From Shigella phage ESh30: a stretch of DNA of 64,000 nucleotides. The notes below the pieces were generated by a model, which was given only the letters and a program-made list of their open reading frames with translations, ran no database searches and was not told the origin of the DNA. This document shows, piece after piece, positions 60,124-64,000 of the stretch. The DNA lies in sequence record ON528740. One strand, written 5' to 3'. Made by a program: the position numbers and the translations under genes. The number at the start of each line of letters is the position of its first letter. Position 1 is the stretch's first letter.

Positions 60124-60653
60124 TCAAATAATCCAATAATATTGCCAATTCCAGTTATTGGACCATTAGGGCCAGGAATTGCTAAAGTTGTAAAAATATC
60201 ATTTGCCCATTTTAAAACGAATGCTGGCATCTCAAGAAAATTAATTTCTTTAACTTCATCGTTGACCTTAAGCAAGCATTTAGATAACATATCGCTCACC
60301 GTTAAAAATTGTTCAAATTTTCCAGGAGGTCTAAAATAAAATGTATTTCCTTGGTATTGAAATTCTAATCTTTGGCATACATAAACATCATTAATGTCAT
60401 AAGTATAGCCATCTATTTCTTTACGGGATTTAATCTTTCCATTAAATTCCAATAAATGAATGGAAACGAAATCAACTTCTGCTGGTGATAAATTCGGACA
60501 AATAGAATCAATAAGAAGTTTTAAATTTTCATCAGGACCTTTAACATCTTTTAAAATGTTATAATGTTTAAGACCCATTTTAGGAATAGAAACTTCTTTA
60601 TTGCTTATTGGAAGAACTATTTTCTTCAGTGGTAGTATCAGATTTAAATTCAT
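60120..60653 (-). CDS. 28: baseplate hub distal subunit gp28 (177 aa)
   Basis: ORF track 60120..60695 trimmed to internal ATG to give T4-like 177 aa; overlaps gene 27 3' end. Confidence 0.7.
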   Translation of the reverse strand: MNLNLILPLKKIVLPISNKEVSIPKMGLKHYNILKDVKGPDENLKLLIDSICPNLSPAEVDFVSIHLLEFNGKIKSRKEIDGYTYDINDVYVCQRLEFQYQGNTFYFRPPGKFEQFLTVSDMLSKCLLKVNDEVKEINFLEMPAFVLKWANDIFTTLAIPGPNGPITGIGNIIGLFE

Positions 60654-61773
60654 TTTTAACCTTAACTGGGTCGATTGTTTCCAGTTTCGTTGCATTAGTG
60701 AACATATAAAGATGAGTTACGGAATTATTATTTGATAATTCGTGAATAACTTCATCAACGTAAAATTCTGTTTTAAATTGGTTTTTACTATCATTAAAAA
60801 TAATTTTAACGCCAGGAGTCAAGTTAAAATTACCGACAGTAGAACATTTAGCGTAACCATCATACTGCGCCATAGTCTGAAGACGAATAGCTTCTTCATA
60901 TCCATTTCTATAAGTCATTTCAGAATAAGCACCTGACCTTGACACTACAATAGAGTTTTCACCCTTTCCTGTAGTAATCATTGGTAATGAAGAATCTAAA
61001 AATGAATGAGCATAGATAGTAGCATTTTTCATTGGATCACGTTTATGCGGGTTTGATTTAGTCAACCAAACAAAATCATATGCCAATGGATATTTCAATT
61101 CTTGGACGAATTGACCTATTAAAGTTGGCTCACCTACAATCATTGGATATGGTTCTTGATTTATCATCATATCATAGTCCATCATGTTAACTCCCATGAT
61201 GTCTTGCCATACAAATACGAACTTATCGCTTCCTACCGCTAGAGCAACTTCTCTTACATAGGACAAATAATTTTCAAATGTACTAGTCCATGGAATATCA
61301 GGAACATAAGCATTTATAGCATTTATTGCTGGAGTTAATAATGTGCGGTCTTGATAAATGACACCAAGCATTTCTTTTATAGATTCACCTGCATCAGGGA
61401 AAAATGGTCTACCAAATTTAAGATTTTCTATAGAATGAATAGTTCCCAATTCAATAGCAATGATGTTATCGCCTTTTGAATCTACTGACACGGAAAAATG
61501 CTTACATCCATAAATTCGTGTTTTAACATTATTAATATCGTTTGCATTAGCTACAGAAATCTGAATTATTTCATTTCCATCCATTTTTGTATGAATGTTT
61601 TTAGAATCATAAAATTGTAGCATTCCTTCATTTCGACCATAAAGAGAGTCACGCATAGTTAATGTGGTAATAGTAGCAGCTAATTCAACAAATCTATTAT
61701 TACTCCAAGCGTCATAACTCTCAAATAATTTAACGCTGAGATTTGGATATCCGGGGCGTTGCAACATACTCAT
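60598..61773 (-). CDS. 27: baseplate hub subunit gp27 (391 aa)
   Basis: 391 aa, same length as T4 gp27. Confidence 0.85.
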   Translation of the reverse strand: MSMLQRPGYPNLSVKLFESYDAWSNNRFVELAATITTLTMRDSLYGRNEGMLQFYDSKNIHTKMDGNEIIQISVANANDINNVKTRIYGCKHFSVSVDSKGDNIIAIELGTIHSIENLKFGRPFFPDAGESIKEMLGVIYQDRTLLTPAINAINAYVPDIPWTSTFENYLSYVREVALAVGSDKFVFVWQDIMGVNMMDYDMMINQEPYPMIVGEPTLIGQFVQELKYPLAYDFVWLTKSNPHKRDPMKNATIYAHSFLDSSLPMITTGKGENSIVVSRSGAYSEMTYRNGYEEAIRLQTMAQYDGYAKCSTVGNFNLTPGVKIIFNDSKNQFKTEFYVDEVIHELSNNNSVTHLYMFTNATKLETIDPVKVKNEFKSDTTTEENSSSNKQ

Positions 61774-62522
61774 TATTGTTTATCCTTCTCAATCAGTTTT
61801 AATACGAATCCGCGCTCGGCAGGAATCATTTTCATTATTGAATTTAAGCTATAATTACTTTTTACAAGCGTGTGATTAATTTGATAAAAAGTAAATATCT
61901 CATCTGGATTAACTAATAGCTTAAACACATCTACTATATCAGTGTATTTTTTAATGTACTTATCACAACACGACATGTGCAATGTTAAATTAATAGGATT
62001 CATTGCATCGAGAATTTTTTCTAATGTTTCTATCTCGATGGCGTCAACAAGTTCTATTTGACTTGATTCACTAATTTCCTTCCAATCATACCACATTTCA
62101 TCTACTTGAACAGAATGAATATTTTCAGTAATCATCTTTGCTTTATTTTCATAAAACTCAGAAGGAAAATTTAATTTAATTTTAACATTAGCTACATCAA
62201 AAACAGGTTCCTTTAATTCTTTTTGATATATTTCAAATGGAACTGTCTTTTCTTTTTTGCATTTTGGACATATGAATGTGACTGGTACTTTAGTTTTACC
62301 TATTGAACCTACAAATACCTGCAAAAATATAAATGGTTGCCAAGTCTTTGGATAGTCTCCAAAATAATCAGCAATTAAATCAGCAATTACTTCTTTTTGT
62401 TCTTGTGATGACCGATGTTCTATATCGTTTCGAACTAACAAAAAATCTCGATAATCTTCTACCGTAAATGGTTTAAAACGATGAACACCATCAGGTAATT
62501 TACAACGAATAATGTTTGCCAT
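61773..62522 (-). CDS. 51: baseplate hub assembly catalyst gp51 (249 aa)
   Basis: 249 aa, same length as T4 gp51; Cys-rich CPKCKK motif. Confidence 0.82.
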   Translation of the reverse strand: MANIIRCKLPDGVHRFKPFTVEDYRDFLLVRNDIEHRSSQEQKEVIADLIADYFGDYPKTWQPFIFLQVFVGSIGKTKVPVTFICPKCKKEKTVPFEIYQKELKEPVFDVANVKIKLNFPSEFYENKAKMITENIHSVQVDEMWYDWKEISESSQIELVDAIEIETLEKILDAMNPINLTLHMSCCDKYIKKYTDIVDVFKLLVNPDEIFTFYQINHTLVKSNYSLNSIMKMIPAERGFVLKLIEKDKQ

Positions 62523-62539
62523 AGATGCTCCTTTTATTC

Positions 62540-62551
62540 TATTTATAAATA
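62540..62551. promoter_or_regulatory. overlapping divergent late promoters (TATTTATAAATA: TATAAATA on both strands) for gene 51 (-) and gene 26 (+)
   Basis: tatttataaata at 62540..62551 in the 50-bp spacer between divergent late genes. Confidence 0.65.
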
Positions 62552-62572
62552 TGATAAATAAAGGAGCTAAAT

Positions 62573-63199
62573 ATGTATGAATACAAATTTGACGTGAGAG
62601 TTGGTTCTAAAATAATCAACTGTCGTGCATTTACTCTTAAAGAATATCTAGAACTTATTACTGCCAAAAATAATGGTTCCGTAGAAGTAATTGTTAAAAA
62701 GCTAATCAAAGACTGCACAAATGCAAAAGATTTAAACCGCCAAGAATCAGAACTATTACTGATTCATTTATGGGCGCATTCTCTTGGAGAAGTTAATCAC
62801 GAAAACTCCTGGAAGTGCACCTGTGGAACTGAAATACCAACCCATATAAATCTATTACATACACAAATAGATGCACCAGAAGACCTCTGGTATACACTGG
62901 GTGACATTAAAATTAAATTCCATTACCCTAAAATTTTTGATGATAAAAATATAGCCCACATGATAGTATCATGTATAGAAACGATTCATGCTAACGGTGA
63001 AAGCATTCCAGTTGAAGACTTAAATGAAAAAGAATTGGAAGATTTATATTCTATCATCACAGAGTCAGATATTGTAGCTATAAAAGATATGCTTTTAAAG
63101 CCTACTGTTTATTTGGCTGTTCCAATTAAGTGTCCAGAGTGTGGAAAAACTCACGCTCATGTAATAAGAGGACTCAAAGAATTCTTTGAGCTATTGTAA
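62573..63199 (+). CDS. 26: baseplate hub subunit gp26 (208 aa)
   Basis: 208 aa, same length as T4 gp26. Confidence 0.82.
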   Translation: MYEYKFDVRVGSKIINCRAFTLKEYLELITAKNNGSVEVIVKKLIKDCTNAKDLNRQESELLLIHLWAHSLGEVNHENSWKCTCGTEIPTHINLLHTQIDAPEDLWYTLGDIKIKFHYPKIFDDKNIAHMIVSCIETIHANGESIPVEDLNEKELEDLYSIITESDIVAIKDMLLKPTVYLAVPIKCPECGKTHAHVIRGLKEFFELL

Positions 63200-63597
63200 T
63201 GGCAAATATTAATAAGCTTTATTCTGACATTGACCCAGAAATGAAAATGGATTGGGACAAAGATGTTTCAAGATCTCTTGGATTAAGGTCAATTAAAAAT
63301 AGCCTTTTAGGAATTATTACAACCAGGAAAGGGTCAAGGCCATTTGACCCAGAATTTGGATGCGATTTATCTGATCAGCTTTTTGAGAATATGACTCCTC
63401 TTACTGCTGATACCGTTGAGCGTAACATTGAAAGCGCAGTAAGAAACTACGAGCCACGTATTGATAAATTAGCAGTTAATGTAATACCGGTTTATGATGA
63501 TTATACTCTGATAGTAGAAATACGCTTTTCAGTCATCGATAACCCTGATGATATTGAGCAGATAAAACTACAACTGGCTTCCAGTAACAGAGTATAA
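63199..63597 (+). CDS. 25: baseplate wedge subunit gp25 (132 aa)
   Basis: 132 aa, same length as T4 gp25; ATG overlaps gp26 stop. Confidence 0.85.
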   Translation: MANINKLYSDIDPEMKMDWDKDVSRSLGLRSIKNSLLGIITTRKGSRPFDPEFGCDLSDQLFENMTPLTADTVERNIESAVRNYEPRIDKLAVNVIPVYDDYTLIVEIRFSVIDNPDDIEQIKLQLASSNRV

Positions 63598-63623
63598 TGC
63601 TTCACGTATAAACGTGGTATAAT
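63596..63623 (+). promoter_or_regulatory. MotA-dependent middle promoter of uvsY (MotA box TGCTTCA at about -30, -10 TATAAT)
   Basis: aatgcttcacgtataaacgtggtataat. Confidence 0.65.
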
Positions 63624-63663
63624 GAATCTAAGTCCATCCAATAACAATTGAATAGAGAACAAT

Positions 63664-64000
63664 ATGAAATTAGAAGATCTTCAAGAAGAATTGAAGAAAG
63701 ATGTGTTTATAGATTCGACTAAATTACAGTATGAAGCAGCTAATAATGTGATGTTATATAGTAAATGGCTTAATAAGCATTCAAGTATTAAAAAGGAAAT
63801 GCTTAGAATTGAAGCACAGAAAAAAGTTGCTCTTAAAGCTAAATTAGACTACTACTCGGGACGAGGAGATGGTGATGAATTTAGTATGGACCGTTATGAG
63901 AAATCAGAAATGAAGACAGTTCTATCAGCTGATAAGGATGTTTTAAAGGTTGATACTTCATTACAATATTGGGGAATTTTATTAGATTTCTGTAGCGGAG
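63664..64000 (+). CDS. uvsY: recombination mediator UvsY, N-terminal 112 codons (3' end outside window)
   Basis: MKLEDLQEELKKDVFIDSTKLQYEAANNVMLYSKWLNKHSSIKKEMLRIEAQKKVALKAKLDYYSGRGDGDEFSMDRYEKSEMKTVLSADKDVLKVDTSLQYWGILLDFCSG recognised as T4 UvsY. Confidence 0.9.
   Translation, partial: MKLEDLQEELKKDVFIDSTKLQYEAANNVMLYSKWLNKHSSIKKEMLRIEAQKKVALKAKLDYYSGRGDGDEFSMDRYEKSEMKTVLSADKDVLKVDTSLQYWGILLDFCSG

Overview
This window reads as a near-complete 64-kb segment of a T4-like (T-even, Tequatrovirus-type) Escherichia myophage genome, shown in the opposite orientation to the conventional T4 map (early genes on +, late genes on -). Gene order is colinear with T4: dda(3' end)-dexA-39-rIIA-rIIB-denB-ndd-stp-52-motA-arn-asiA (+), then holin t and long-tail-fibre genes 38-37-36-35-34 (-), then rnh-dsbA-33-59-segG-32-frd-td-nrdA-nrdB-denA-rnlA-alc-pseT-cd-31-rIII-(30.x ORFs)-30-alt (+), then baseplate/tail-tube genes 54-48-29-28-27-51 (-), then 26-25-uvsY(5' end) (+). 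Gene calls rest on my recognition of protein sequences, lengths and synteny from established T4 biology; no database search was run, so small-ORF names are left blank where uncertain. I did not find a large, clearly novel multi-gene system. What stands out instead are local departures from the T4 reference and unexplained structure: (1) a 320-nt td group I intron whose homing-endonuclease ORF is deleted except for its last ~22 codons; (2) a ~416-bp single-ORF cassette inserted at the frd/td junction, flanked by a 9-bp direct repeat; (3) a GC-rich NADAR-like ORF near the alt ADP-ribosyltransferase gene; (4) a ~400-bp GC-rich noncoding island between rIII and the 30.x ORFs; (5) a disrupted partial paralog of the alt 5' end; (6) repeated terminator-hairpin plus early-promoter modules (PeSL-like) and a 54-bp near-identical promoter repeat; (7) a T2-type glycine-rich gp38 adhesin with a gp37 carrying a C-terminal chaperone-like domain. 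The phage is not T4 itself: gene 39 is uninterrupted (no gene 60 split), nrdB has no intron, and nrdA and nrdB are adjacent.
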